Positions 13,601-26,190 of a stretch of 64,000 nt of DNA are shown here, piece by piece. This stretch comes from Glaucostegus cemiculus (taxonomy: Eukaryota), in contig CDPCPM010000019.1 in assembly GCA_976551045.1 (NCBI GenBank), forward strand, positions 4,960,001 to 5,024,000, read 5' to 3'. Under the pieces are notes generated by a model. It was not told where the DNA came from and ran no database searches. It saw only the letters and a list, made by a program, of their open reading frames with translations. How positions within the stretch are numbered: the first letter of the stretch is position 1; each line of letters opens with the position of its first letter. Both the position numbers and the translations under genes were made by a program.

Positions 13601-15289
13601 TTTGGATTTGTTAGAGACAGTTGGCATGATAATTCTTAAAAAAAAACCTGTGCTGGTTGTTGAACCAGGAACCAAGTTAAGTTATAGGCAGTATATTAAC
13701 CCACAGTACCATTCATTTACCATTCTAGAGTTGGATAATTATAATTGGTAAGGATCAACTTACATGAGATGGTTAAGTTTTAAATTACATTATTAATGCT
13801 TAATTTAAATTACTTCATATTAAAGCTCTTAGAATCAGTAATAAATAAAAAAAATCCAAAATTTCTTAATTGATAATGATCAGTTAAGAAATATTGGCAA
13901 AATTCATTGAAAATATTGGAAACAATTAAAAAAACTTTCAATTGGAGATTTAAGCATTTCAGTATTTCAGTTTTGGCAGCTTTCTTTTGGAGTAGGGGTG
14001 AAGTCAGAGAGAAAGTCCCAGCTTTTCACTATATTTTGTATATTCATTCACTTTTTTTTCAATACTTTCCTATCCAATAAAAACTTTTACTGGTCACTTT
14101 GGTTTTATTACATGATTTTGACATTTTCTACATGCTTCAGCCTATTTGGTTAGTCTGTTACAAACACACAATTTGTTGACCATAGCTACTAAAAGGCACG
14201 GTGGAGAATTTGACCTTTAGGGATGTATATAGTGGCTTCGTTTTTTTTCTCTGAAACTGAAATAACACCCAACCATTCTTATAAGACAGAACACAATATA
14301 ATACCTTGCATTTTAAAATGAGGGAAAAGAAACCCAAAGCTTTTAAATACAAGTCAGGCTTCAAACTTTAAAGGGATGAGAAGTTTATGAATAATTCCAA
14401 ATACCTTAGAGAGAAAAGGAGATGGCGAGATTCGGGCAGAGAAGAGGGATGCAGGCATATTTTTCACTGGATGTGGACAGAACCAGGAAGGACAGTATTT
14501 ATTGTTCCTTCCTAATTGTCCTTAAAAAGACTGGTGGTGAGAGTCAACTTAAATTATTCTAACCTATGCAGTGATAGTGCTCCCATAGTGCTCCTAGTTA
14601 CGTTGATCCAGTATTTTTGAGGGCACAGCAGATGGGTTTGGGGGTGATAGAATGGGATCAGGGGCCATGCCTGAAATGCAAGGTTGGAAGTGCATTTGAC
14701 ACTGAACCACCGGTATTATTATTACTGAGGAAATGAATTACAAATAGTGACACCTCTTCCACAGGCAGAATGGAATGGAAAATGGGCCAACTTCTGAGTT
14801 AAGCAATTAAAGGGGGCTAACAAGCATGAAGATTAGAGTGGCATTAGGCAGGGGACATGGCAGGCTCAGTGGCAAATGAATCATGAAGGTGAAATGAGTG
14901 GATAGGGTGGCTGTGAGGAAGGAAAATCGCCACTACCAGGCTGAATGCAACATTTTGGGCCCTGACAACATCCTGGCCAGAGATGTGCTGTAGAATTGGC
15001 TAAGTCTCACCCTAACTGAATCAGCAAAGCTACACTGTTGGCATGGTAACACTGCATGGCTTCTCCAAGGGCCCCTCTTAACCCTTTACCCTATCATTGA
15101 GGAGGACAGCTGCAGCAGGTGCATGGGAACACAACCACATGCAAATTCAAGTCCAAGTCGAATGGTATCCTGAACTGGAGACTGATAATCCTGGAACAAA
15201 CTACATTGTAGAGATCACTTCAACTCAAGGCAAAGGAAAACATTCAGTCCTTTAATGGTTCTATGATGGTTCTCAGAGCAATCTATGCA

Positions 15290-15765
15290 ATCCAATTCTC
15301 CCAGATATTTTCCTCTAACCTATTCTCTCACACATGCCCATTAAACACACAACCCCCTCTGCCCCCCACCCCCCCCCAATTCTCCATCATTGTCCTACAG
15401 TTGGGGTAATTTACTGTAGTCAATCAACCTAACAACTAGCATTCTGGCCGCTGTCTGTAAGGAGTTTGTAAGTTCTCCCCATGTCTGTGTGGGTTTCCTC
15501 CTGGTGATCCAGTTTCCTCCCACATTCCAAAGACGTACAGGTTAGGAAGTCGTGGGCATGTTATGTTGGCGCTGGAAGCTTGGCGACACTTGCAGGCTGC
15601 CCCCAGAACACTCTACGCAGAAGATATATTTCACTCTGTGTTTCAATGTACATGTGACTAATAAAGATATCTTATCATACCTTAATATGAAAGAAAACCA
15701 AAGCATTTGGGAGAAACCTCTGTAGTCACAGGGAAACCATGCAAACCCCACAAAGACAGCACCAC
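15290..15765 (-). mobile_element. Older V-SINE-like element split by a younger opposite-strand SINE
   Basis: Reverse complement of the V-core (gtagtcacagggaaaccatgcaaaccccacaaagacagcacc) at about 15720-15763, with the rest of the element left of 15440. Confidence 0.55.
15441..15684 (+). mobile_element. V-SINE-like element (HE1/DANA-type core), 5' truncated
   Basis: ggagtttgtaagttctccccatgtctgtgtgggtttcctcc...tttcctcccacattccaaagac is the V-SINE core; ends in catgtgactaataaa. Confidence 0.75.
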
Positions 15766-15814
15766 TGAATCTGTTTAAAATCTGCATTATCTGTAGCACC
15801 TGTGTTGTAATAAC

Positions 15815-15982
15815 AACAGAAAATGCTGGAAACACTTAGCAAATCAGGCAGCACCTGTGGAAAGAGAAATAGTTAATATTTCATTTCTGGGACTGCTTCT
15901 CTTTTCATGGATGCTACTTGACCTGCTAAGTGTTTCTAGAATCTTCTGTTTTTATTTCAGATTTTCAGCATCTGCATTTTTT
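15815..15982. mobile_element. Fold-back short repeat
   Basis: aacagaaaatgctggaaacacttagcaaatcaggcagca is mirrored by tgctacttgacctgctaagtgtttctagaatcttctgtt. Confidence 0.7.
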
Positions 15983-16519
15983 TTTACTCATTGTGGTACT
16001 ATGGTTGTTCAACTTCCAGCTCACCACCACTTCTTCTTGTAGTTAAATAAGGGCCTTAAATGCCGACTCTGTCAGTGATGGTCACATATTGGGAATAAAA
16101 ATATCTATCTTTTCAATTTTAAATCAAATCACTGCTTTTCCTCAGTTCACCAAAGATAAAATACCACTGCAAGTGTAAGTTAGAGCAGGATCACCATTTG
16201 TGTCATGTTGCTACACCCATTAAGGTGCATTGGAATTCCTAGGCCAGGGAACAGGTTTTCATATGCAAGGAAGAGAAAAACTAGAGGTTATCAAATAAGT
16301 TTTAAACCAAGAAATCGCACAGGGCATTCAGAAGAAACTTCTTCAGCAAGAAAATGATGAAAATGTAGAACTCACTATCATACGAAGTTAGAAAAGTATA
16401 AGGGAGAAGGCAGAAGAAGATTTTACTGATTGAGTTGGATGAAGAAAGTTGAGGCGGCTCAAATGAGGTGTATGTTATATGCTCCAACTATTTTATGCAT
16501 CTTAAAATATACAAAATAC

Positions 16520-18905
16520 AAGTCCCTGGAAGTGGCTACACAGGCTGATAGGATGGTAAAGAAGGCATATGGCATGCTTGCCTTCATTAGTCGAGGCATT
16601 GAGTTCAAGAGTCAAGAAGTTATGCTGCAGCTTTATAAAACTTTAGTTAAGGCTGCATCTGGAGTATTGCATTCAGTTCTGGTCGCCCCATTATAGGAAG
16701 GACGTTGAGGCTTTGGAGAGGGTGCAGAGGAGGTTTACCAAGATACTGCCTGGATTAGAGGGCATGTGCTATGAGAATAAGTAGGACAAACTTGGGTTGT
16801 TTTCTCTGGAGCAGCAGACGCTGATGGGAGATCTGACAGAGATTAATATGATTATGAGAGGCATAGATAGAGTAGACTGGAGGCGGTGGAAGTGGGAGAA
16901 GTTCTCAATGAATACTTCTCTTTGGTATTCACTAAGGAGAGGGGTCTTGATGTGGTAGAGAGTGTTGGTAAGGGTAATCTTCTTGAGTATGTAGATATCA
17001 AGAGAGAGCATGTGTCAAAGTTGTTAAATAATATCAAGACGGATAAGTCTTCGGGGCCTGACGGAATTTTCCCCAGGCTGCTTCGAGACGAGGGAATAGA
17101 TTGTTGAATCACTGGTAAGGATCTTTGAGTCTTCGTTGTCTACGGGGATAGTACTAGAGGATTGGAGGGTGGTGAATGTTGTCCTCTTGTTCAAAAAAGG
17201 TAGTAGGGATAGTCCAGGGAATTACAGACTGGTGAGTCTCACGTCTGTGGTGGTTAAACTGTTAGAAAGGATTCTAAGGGATAAGATCTATGAACATCTA
17301 GAGAATCACGAACTGATTAGGGAGAGCCAGCATGGCTTTGTGAAGGGAAGATCTTGCCTCACAAGCCTGATAGAATTCTTTGAGGAGGTGATGAGGAAGA
17401 TTGATGAGGGCAGTGCGGTGGATACGGTCTACATGGATTTTAGTAAGGTGTTTGATAAGGTTCCTCATGGTAGGCTTCTTCAGAAGGTCAGAGGTCAAGG
17501 GATTCAGGGAAGATTGGCTGTTTGGATTAGGAATTGGCTTGCCTGTAGAAAGCAGAAGGTTGTGGTGGAGGGAGTACCCTCAGATTGGAGGGCTGTGACT
17601 AGTGGTGTCCCACAGGGATCTGTACTGGGACCTCTACTTTTTGTTATATTTATAGATGACTTAGATGAGGGGGTGGAAGGCTGGGTTAGTAAGTTTGCTG
17701 ATGACACGAAGATCGGCGATGTAGTGGATAGTGTGGAGGGATGTCGGGGTTTACAGAGGGATATTGATAGGATGCAGAGCTGGGCGGACAAGTGGCAGAT
17801 GGAGTTCAATCTGGAGAAGTGTGAGGTGGTACACTTTGGAAGGACAAACTCCAGGGCAGAGTAAGAGGTAAATGGCAAGGTATTTGGCAATGTAGAGGAG
17901 CAGAGGGATCTGGGGGTCATATCCACAGTTCACTGAAAGTTGCCTCACAGGTGGATAGGGCAGTTAAGAAGGTCTATGGGATGTTAGCTTTCATAAATCG
18001 TGGGATTGAGTTTAAGAGCCACAAAGTGATGATGCAGCTTTACAAAACTTTGGTTAGACCACACTTAGAGTACTGTGTTCAGTTCTGGTCACCGCATTAT
18101 AGGAAGGATGTGGAGACATTAGAGAGGGTGCAGAGGAGATTTACCAGGATGCTGCCTGGATTAGAGAGTATGGAATATGAGGAGAGGCTTCAGGTGCTAG
18201 GGCTTTACTCATTGGAGAGGAGGAGGATGAGGGGAGAATTGATAGAGGTATATAAAATATTGAGAGGAATAGATAGACAGCCAGCTCCTCTTTCCCAGGG
18301 CAACGATGCTCAAGACAAGAGGGCATAGCTTTAATGTTATAGGTGGGAAGTTCAGGGGAGATGTCAGAGGGAGGTTTTTCACCCAGAGAGTGGTTGGTGC
18401 ATGGAATGCGCTGCCTGGGGTGATGGTGGAGGCAGATACGTTGGACAGCTTCAAGAGATTGTTGGATAGATATATGGAGGAATGTGGGATAGAGGGATAT
18501 GTGGGAGGAAAGGGTTGGATAGTGAGGTGTGGTTTGATGGACAGCACAACATGGTGGGCCGAAAGGCCTGTATTGTGCTGTACTGTTCTATGCTTCTATG
18601 ACAACATTATCTTTTCCCCACGGTTGAAATGTCTAATACGAGAGGGCATGCATTTAAGGTGAAGGGGGGGAGTTCAAAGGAGATAAGGAGATATGTGGGG
18701 CAAGTTTTTTTTTTACACAGAGAGTGGTGGGTACTTGGAATGTGCTGCCTGGGGTGGTGGTAGAGGCAAGAAGCTCTTTAGATAGGCACATAAATATGAG
18801 GGAAATGGTAGGATACAGACATTGCATAGGCAGAAGGGATGAGTTTAGTTGGGCATTTTATGACTAATGTAATTGGTTTGGTGCAACACTGTGCTGTACT
18901 ATATT
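16520..18905 (+). mobile_element. Older CR1 3' fragment split by a nested CR1 (pieces 16520-16877 and 18600-18905)
   Basis: Encodes DRMVKKAYGMLAFISRGIEFKSQEVMLQLYKTLV. Breaks at gatagagtagac and resumes at aacattatcttttcccca, the expected next CR1 sequence. Confidence 0.85.
16878..18599 (+). mobile_element. Young 5'-truncated CR1 LINE (RT, C-terminus, 3' UTR)
   Basis: ORF pieces with [53 protein letters not shown]; ends in a TTCTATG-type tail; has stops and frameshifts. Confidence 0.95.
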
Positions 18906-21074
18906 CTAACCTACCCTAATATATGACACTATGTATTAATCTCTCCCCTGGAGAGAAAACTGCATTATTTATCCTATTGCTTGTACTTCTCATAAGAGAT
19001 CATTACAAATGTCACTTTCATAAAGGGTTATTATATTATTTCATCATCAGAAAGAAAATGAAAATACCTGTGAATTTATTGCTGCCAAATCTACTGCCAT
19101 CATATAATTAAATAGATATGAATCTATTGCATGATATGCTAATACATCAGGTGTATCATCTGAAACTGAAGACTAGTAGGTTATGTGAAGTCATCAATAA
19201 AATATGTGCAACCCTTGTTCACTTTTGCATGCATTTAAAGGAGCTTGTTTTGCCATAGGTTGCACTTACATGCAGTTACTTAAATTCACTTCCTCCTTTT
19301 TAATACAGGAAATTAGGTCAGTGTGTCTTCCTGGAGAAGAGCAACTACATATCATTGGTAAGTAAGATTTAATTTTTTTTGTGTAACTATAGCACTATAC
19401 CCCAACCTGAATGTAAAGCTAATGGATGTTTTAAAAGCACAAACAGTCATAAGTGAAAGTGGCTTGCAATCATGAGCAAATGTGTTATAATGCACCAATG
19501 CATAATATATTGCATAGAATTCAAAAGTCACCATAAAGCTTGATAACTGTCACTTTATGTTTTTAGAAGATTGTTTCCGGTATCAGGTAAGTAGCATGTT
19601 TTAAATGTGCTAGAGTGATTTCCCGTTTCAAATCAGCCACTATATATAAAAAGCATTACAAGTTATGCTGAGACTGCCATATGCTATTTTAATCAAAATT
19701 TCTAAATGCAGGCAAATGGAAAAGACAATGAAGTGATTCCTGTTTTGGCTCTAACACTTCAGGTTCCTTGATGAGGAGCCATTCTATAAAGTGAATCATG
19801 TTCAGAATTTGGGTAAAATATTGCCTATGAAACTAGACTATTCTAAACATGCATGAATATAGCATACAAATTTAGGTGTGCTCATCTTCCATTGCTGCTG
19901 CTCTGCCATGATAAACAGTTTCTCAAAGCAAATATCACATTGGGATTTAGCAACAAGTAGGTTTTCAGAAAGGCTGGGAAATTTCAGCAAGTTCACTAAG
20001 AGTCCAATCAAGTACTTGGCAGCAGTAAGCATAATTTCAGACTATATTACCTTGATTGTGGAATCTCAGTCTTAGAATTAAAAACAGGCCAGTCACAATC
20101 ATTTCTTAACAAAATACAGTAGTAGAAATGTGGAATTCAGTCTGTAAAAAGACTATGGATGTTCCAACTCAAGACTGAAATTAGCCTAGATAAGCAATTG
20201 CAGTTAATATCCTGTTGGGATGAAGCAGGTTGCTCAATACAGGTACGTACTTGGAATTAGTTACGAACCATTGAATTAGTTATGAATCATTAGACTTCTG
20301 CTTATGAACTGTTCTTGGTCACATCAGCTACCTTCAGACTTGAGGTATGCTGTGTCACTGTTTTTTATCTTTGTACTTTAATTACTGGAGATTCAGATGT
20401 GCTACAATCTTTCTAAAATAAATTTAATTAAATAACAAAACTAGATAGAAACTTCTGAGCCAACAGTACAAAGGTAAATTCACAGGTTAAATGAAAAAGA
20501 TGGATAAATTGAGTTGGATTTCCTTTTGTGATATATGTGGCTGTAAGTGCATATGTGCTTCTGTTTAACAAGTAACCACAAAATTATCTACGTGCTGGAT
20601 CAAAAAGTTACCACTGAAAAACTGGAGAATGCAATCCTTCTTTGGCAATGCCACAAGGAAACAAAGACAGAAAGTGCTGAAAACAATCAGCAGGTTAGGC
20701 AGCATCTATAGAGAGAGAGAAACAGATTTAATATTTCCAGTCAAAGATCCTTAGAACTGAGAGAGAGACAATAAGTTGTTTTTAAGTAGCAGGGAGAGTT
20801 TTGGAGGGATGGATAGGACAAAGGGAATATCAAAGTAGAAAGCAGGGTTGCAATAGGGATAAGCTGTAAATAATGTCATCCAGTGATGGATTAAGAGAAG
20901 CAGAGAGAGAATCTGAACAAGGCAACATCAAAACTGTAAAATGAGGACAGTTAGAGAGTGAGAACACATAGGAATATAGAAGTCACAAAATGAAAGCCAT
21001 GGTACATTTCTGACAGGTCAGGCTGTGCTAATGGAGAGAATAAGAACTGAGCCCTGTGGGAGAGATACACTACA

Positions 21075-22292
21075 CCATAATGCCATCTCCCTGGCCTTAA
21101 ACTCATCTTTGGAACATGGACAGTACAGGCACCTATGTTAGACTATTGTTTATTGACTATAACTTCAATACTATAGTTCCAAGCAAACTCATCACCAAAC
21201 TCTGAGACCTGGGACTAAACGCCTCCCTCAGCAACTGACTTTCTGACCAACAAACCGCAATCTGTGAGGATAGGCAGAAACACATCCGGCACGATTATTC
21301 TCAACCCTGGTGCCCCAAAAGGCTGCATCCTCAGCCCTCTACTCTACTCCCTATATACTCGTGACTGGGTGGTGAGATTCTGCTCTAACTCCACCTACAA
21401 GTTTGCAGATGATACCACTGTAGTAGGCCGTACCTCAAATAACGATGAGTTGGAGTACAGGAAGGAAAGAGAGAGCTTAGTGACATGGTGTCATGACAAC
21501 AACCTTTTCCTCAATGTCAACAAAAGAGCTGGTCATTGACTTCAGGAAAGGGTGCAATGCAAATGCACCTGTCGATATCAATGGTGCTGAGGTTGAGAGG
21601 GTTGAGAGCTTCAAGTTCCTAGGAGTAAACGTCACCAATAGCCTGTACTGGTCCAGCTACATAGATGCCACAGCCAAGAAAGCTCACCAGCTCTCTACTG
21701 CCTCAGGAGACTAAAGAAATTTGGCATGTTCCCTTTGACACTCACCAACTTTTATCGATCCACTATAGAAAGCACCCCATCTGGATACATCACAGCTTGG
21801 TATGGCAACTGTTCTGCGTGGGACCACAAGAAACTGCAGAGAGATGTGGACACAGTCCAGCACATCACGGAAACCAGCCTCCCCTCCATCGACTCTGTAT
21901 CTACCCCTCGCTGCCTTGGTGAAGCAGCCAGCATAATCAAAGTCCTCACCCACCCACCCACCCAGGTCATTCCTTCTTCTCCTCTCTCTCATCAGGCTGA
22001 AGATACAGGACCCTGAGGCTCAAGGACAGCTTCTATTCCACTGTTATAAGACTACTGAACGGTTCCCTTATACTCTTGACCTCATAATCTACCTTGTTAT
22101 GACCTTGCACATTGTCTACCTGCACTGCACTTCCTCTGTAGACGTTTCACACTCTACTCCATATTCTGTTAATCTTTTTACCCTGTACTACCTCTATGCA
22201 CTGTGTAATGAATTGATCTGTATGAACGATTATGCCAGACAAGTTTTTCACTGTACTTTGGTCAAGTGATGATAATAAACCAATACCAATAC
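21075..22292 (+). mobile_element. 5'-truncated Rex1/Babar-type LINE
   Basis: GAPKGCILSPLLYSLYT, KFADDTTVVG, WCHDNNLFLNV, KELVIDFRK, VERVESFKFLGV, FYRSTIES..ITAWYGNC; 3' UTR ends aataaaccaataccaatac. Confidence 0.9.
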
Positions 22293-22339
22293 ATGCACTC
22301 TACCATGATGCTGACCTCTAGATATTATTATGGTATTCT

Positions 22340-23880
22340 TAGAAAACTTCGAAACTTGTACATGATCTAAAATTCTAAAATAATGATAAACAGTGAGGAG
22401 GATAGTGCTGCCTTCAGAACGATAGAAACTGGATGATAGGATGGGTGGGCACATGGCAGGTGAAATTTAATTCCCAAAAATTGTAAAAACAACAGTATAA
22501 AGAAAATACAATTCTAAAAGTAAACTTAGTGACCTGGGATTATTTGAGCACAAGGATTTGAAGATAGATTGAGAAAATAATTAAAAAATAGTATACAAGA
22601 TCCTGCATTTGATTACTGAAGGTCAACAAAACAAAGGGCTTTTGAATCCATGCCTCATTGGTTTGGTACCTAATATTGCACTAGATGTGGTCACCACACT
22701 TCAGGAAGGATGTGAAGGCCGTGAAAAAGATTTAGTAGAATGATCCTGGGGATATTGGACTTCAGTTACATGGACAAACTGGAAAAGTTGGGGTTCTTCA
22801 CTTTAAGGAAGAGAAGGTTGAGAGGTGATCTTATAGACTCAATGAAAATCACCAAGGGTCCAGACAAAGCTGATAAACTACTCACACGGGCAAGAAGGTT
22901 GAGAACCAGAGAATGCAGATTCAAAGTAATTTGCATAAAAACCAGGGATGACATGAAAATAAAAGGTGACTATTAATTTTTTGGAATTAATTTTCTGAAA
23001 GGATGGTGACTGTAGATTCAATTGTTCCTTTCAGATGGCAATTAGATGGATACTTGGGAAAGAAAATATTGCAAGGCCATAGGGAAAGAGTGGGACTGAC
23101 CAAGTTGCTCATGCAGAGAGTTGTACTTGCTTGGGTGGCCCAATGTCCTCATTATATGTCAGAATGACTTCATGATTCTGTACACCAATAATTGATTTGA
23201 AAATCTCAGAATTTAAAGACTATAGAAAACTCAGAAGTATAGCGAATTCGGATGAGGATTGTTATAGACATTGTATGAATATAGACAAATTGGTGGAATG
23301 GCATACAACTGGGCAGATGAAATTCAATGCAAAAAAATACAAGAAGAACTAGGAGTGGTAATATAAACTTCTAGATGTGGTACACAAATAAATGAATGGC
23401 AGGCTGAGAAATTACTTAAAAAGGGCAATTGGAATCTTGGACTAGAGACATGGAGTCTAGGAACAAGTTATGATAAAACTTTATAAAACACTAGATAGGC
23501 CATAAGTGAAGTTTCACATTCAGTTCTGGGCACCACCCTTGAGGAAAATATGAATGCCTTAGAGAGGGTATGCTATGGATTAACTGTAATAATTCTGTGA
23601 CAGACTTTAGTTACGTGTGTAGGCTACAAAACTTGCAGTTGTCCTCTTGGGAAGAGAGGTGGGTTGCAAGAGGAATTGATAGAGGTATTTCAAATTGGTA
23701 CAGAGTAGACAGAGTTCCTATTGGTGGGAGGATAATGTTCTAAAACACATAAAGCTGGCAAAAAATCCAAAGGTGATGTTTGAAAAAAACTGTTTAGTTT
23801 AGGTCTAGAGTGCACTGCCGAAGAACATAGTGGAAATAAATGTAATTGTAGCATTCAAAGATGAACTGGAGAAGGACTTC
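22340..23880 (+). mobile_element. Two successive highly degenerate CR1 3' fragments (about 22340-23180 and 23210-23880)
   Basis: SYMDKLEKLGFFTLRKRRLRGDLI remnant; the ggcagatgaaattcaatgc-like and cagttctgggcacc-like segments occur once in each. Confidence 0.7.
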
Positions 23881-23884
23881 TGGG

Positions 23885-26190
23885 GTCATAGAGTCATACA
23901 GCACAGAAAAAGTCCTTTCAGTCCACAATGTGTATGCTGACCATCAATTACCCATCTATACTAATCCCACTTACCAGCACTTGGTCTGTAGCTTACTATG
24001 TCTTGGCAATTCAAGTCCTCATCTAGATTTCTTAGATGTTCTGAAAGTACCCAATTCCATCATCCACTCAGGCAGCTTGTTTCAGATTTCAACCACCCCC
24101 TGGCTGTAAAAATTCTTCATCAAATCCCCTCTAAACTTTTTGCCCCTTACTCCAAATCATTTCCTTTAGCTTTTGACACCTATGCTGTAGGGAAAATAGT
24201 TTTCTACTGCCTCACCTGTTGAGGCCCTTCATATTTCTGTAACTTCAATCAGGTTCCTTCTCAGCCTCTGCTTCAAGGAAAACACACTTAATCTAAGGAA
24301 AACTCTAAGGTGTTCTACACATATGTGAAGAACAGGAGGATGACTAGGGTGAGGGTAGGACTGCCCAGGGATAAGTGGGAAAAATGTATCTGGAGGTAGG
24401 GAAGGTCCTGAATGAATATTCTGCTTCAGTGTTCACCAGAGAGAAGGACTTAGATGAATATGAGGTTAGTGTAGAACAGGTAAATGTGTTGGAGCATGTT
24501 GAGGTTAAGAAAGAGGCAGTGTTGGAGCTACTAAAAAGCATTAGGATAGATAGGTCCCCGGGGTCAGATAGGATATTCCCCAGGGTACTATGGGAAGTGA
24601 GGGAAGAGATTACTGGAGCATTAACAATGATCTTTGAGTTCTCCCTGGCCACAGGAATGGTACTGGAGGATTGGAGGATGGAAAATGTTGTTCACATATG
24701 GTCAAAGGGATAATCCTGGGAATTATAAACCAGTTAGTCTTACATCAGTGGTGCGCAAACTATTGGAGAGGATTCTTAGGGACAGGATTTATGAGCATTT
24801 GGAGAAGCATAGTCTTATAAGGGATAGTCAACATGGCTTTGTGATGGGCAGGCCTCACGAGCCTAATAGAGCCTTTGTGATGCCTCACGAGCCTAATAGA
24901 GGTTTTAGAGGAAGTGGCAAGACAAATTGATGAAGGCAGTGTGGTGGATGTGGTAAATATGGAGTTTGACAAGGTTGCCCATAGTAGGCTCATCCAGAAA
25001 GTCACAAAGTAGGGGATCCATGGAAATTTGGCTGTGTGGATTCAGAATTGGCTTGCCCACAGAAGGCAGAGGGTGGCTGTAGAAGGGAACTATTCGACCT
25101 AGAGGTCAGTGACCAGTGGTGTTCTACAGGGATCTGTTCTGGGACCCCTACTCTTTGTGATTTTTATAAATAACTTGGATGAAGAAGTGGAAGGGTGGGT
25201 TGGTAAGTTTACAGATGATATGAAGGTTGCTGGTGTAGTAGATAGTGCAGAAGGTTAGGTTCTTGTAGATTGCAGGATGCAGAGTTGGGTGGGGAAGTGG
25301 CAGTTGGAGTTCAATCCAGAGAAGTGTGAAGTGATGCCCTTTGGAAAATCAAACTTGAAGGCAGAGTACATGGTTAATGGCAGGATTCTTAGCAGTGTGG
25401 CGGAACAGTGAGATCTTGGGGTCCAAGTACACAGATCCCTCAAAGCTGCCACACAATTTGATAGAGTGGTTAAGAAGGCGTATGGTGTGCTGGCCTACAT
25501 TAGCTGGGGGATTGAGTTCAAGAGCCAAGAGATAATGTTGCAGCTCTATAAGGCTCTGGTTAGACCATATTTGCAATATTGTGTTCCATTCTGGTCACCA
25601 CCTTATAGGAAGGATGTGGAAGCTTTGGAGAGGGTGCAGAAGAGATTCACGAGGATACTGCCAGGATTAGAGAACATGTCTTATGAGGAGAGGTTGAGCG
25701 AGTTAGGGCTTTTCTCTTTGAAGCGATGGAGGATGAGAGGCAACCATAGAGGCATATAAAATTATGAGAGGCAGAGACGGAGCGAACAGCCAGTATCTTT
25801 TCCCTAGGTTGGCAATGGCCAATACTAGAGGTCAGCAATTTAAGGTGCATGGAGGAAAGTTCAGGGGAGATGTCAGAGGTAGTTTTTTTTACATACAGAG
25901 AGTGGTGGGGTGCCTAGAATGCACTGCCGGGGGTGGTGGTGGGGGCCAATACGATAGGGTCATTTAAGAGACTCTTTGATAGACACAGGATGAAAGAAAA
26001 ATAGAGGGTTATGGGAGGTGAAATAGAGAGGGGTAGAGATTGAATGTGGATAAGGTTTATATAAATTAGCACAACATCATGGATTGAAGGGACTGTACTG
26101 TGCTGTACTGTTCTATGTTCTATCCAGTCTCTCGTCTTGAGAGAAAGGCTCCATTCCAGGCAACACCCTGGTGAACCTCCTTGTACCCTT
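23885..26190 (-). mobile_element. Minus-strand CR1 3' fragment split by a nested plus-strand CR1 (pieces 23885-24295 and 26123-26190)
   Basis: Starts with the reverse-complement tail gtcatagagtcatacagcacag; breaks at aatcta and resumes at tccagtctctc...ccaggcaacaccctggtgaacctcc. Confidence 0.8.
24296..26122 (+). mobile_element. 5'-truncated CR1 LINE
   Basis: LNEYSASVFT, NYKPVSLTSVV, KKAYGVLAYI, LERVQKRFTR; tail tgctgtactgttctatgttcta; multiple stops. Confidence 0.95.

Noticed and set aside
20253-20291. Short tandem duplication (GAATTAGTTAYGAAYCATT x2); similar small ones near 1030-1085 and 5402-5453
   Set aside because: Two or three unit slippage duplications with no regular unique spacers; not CRISPR-like or otherwise structured.
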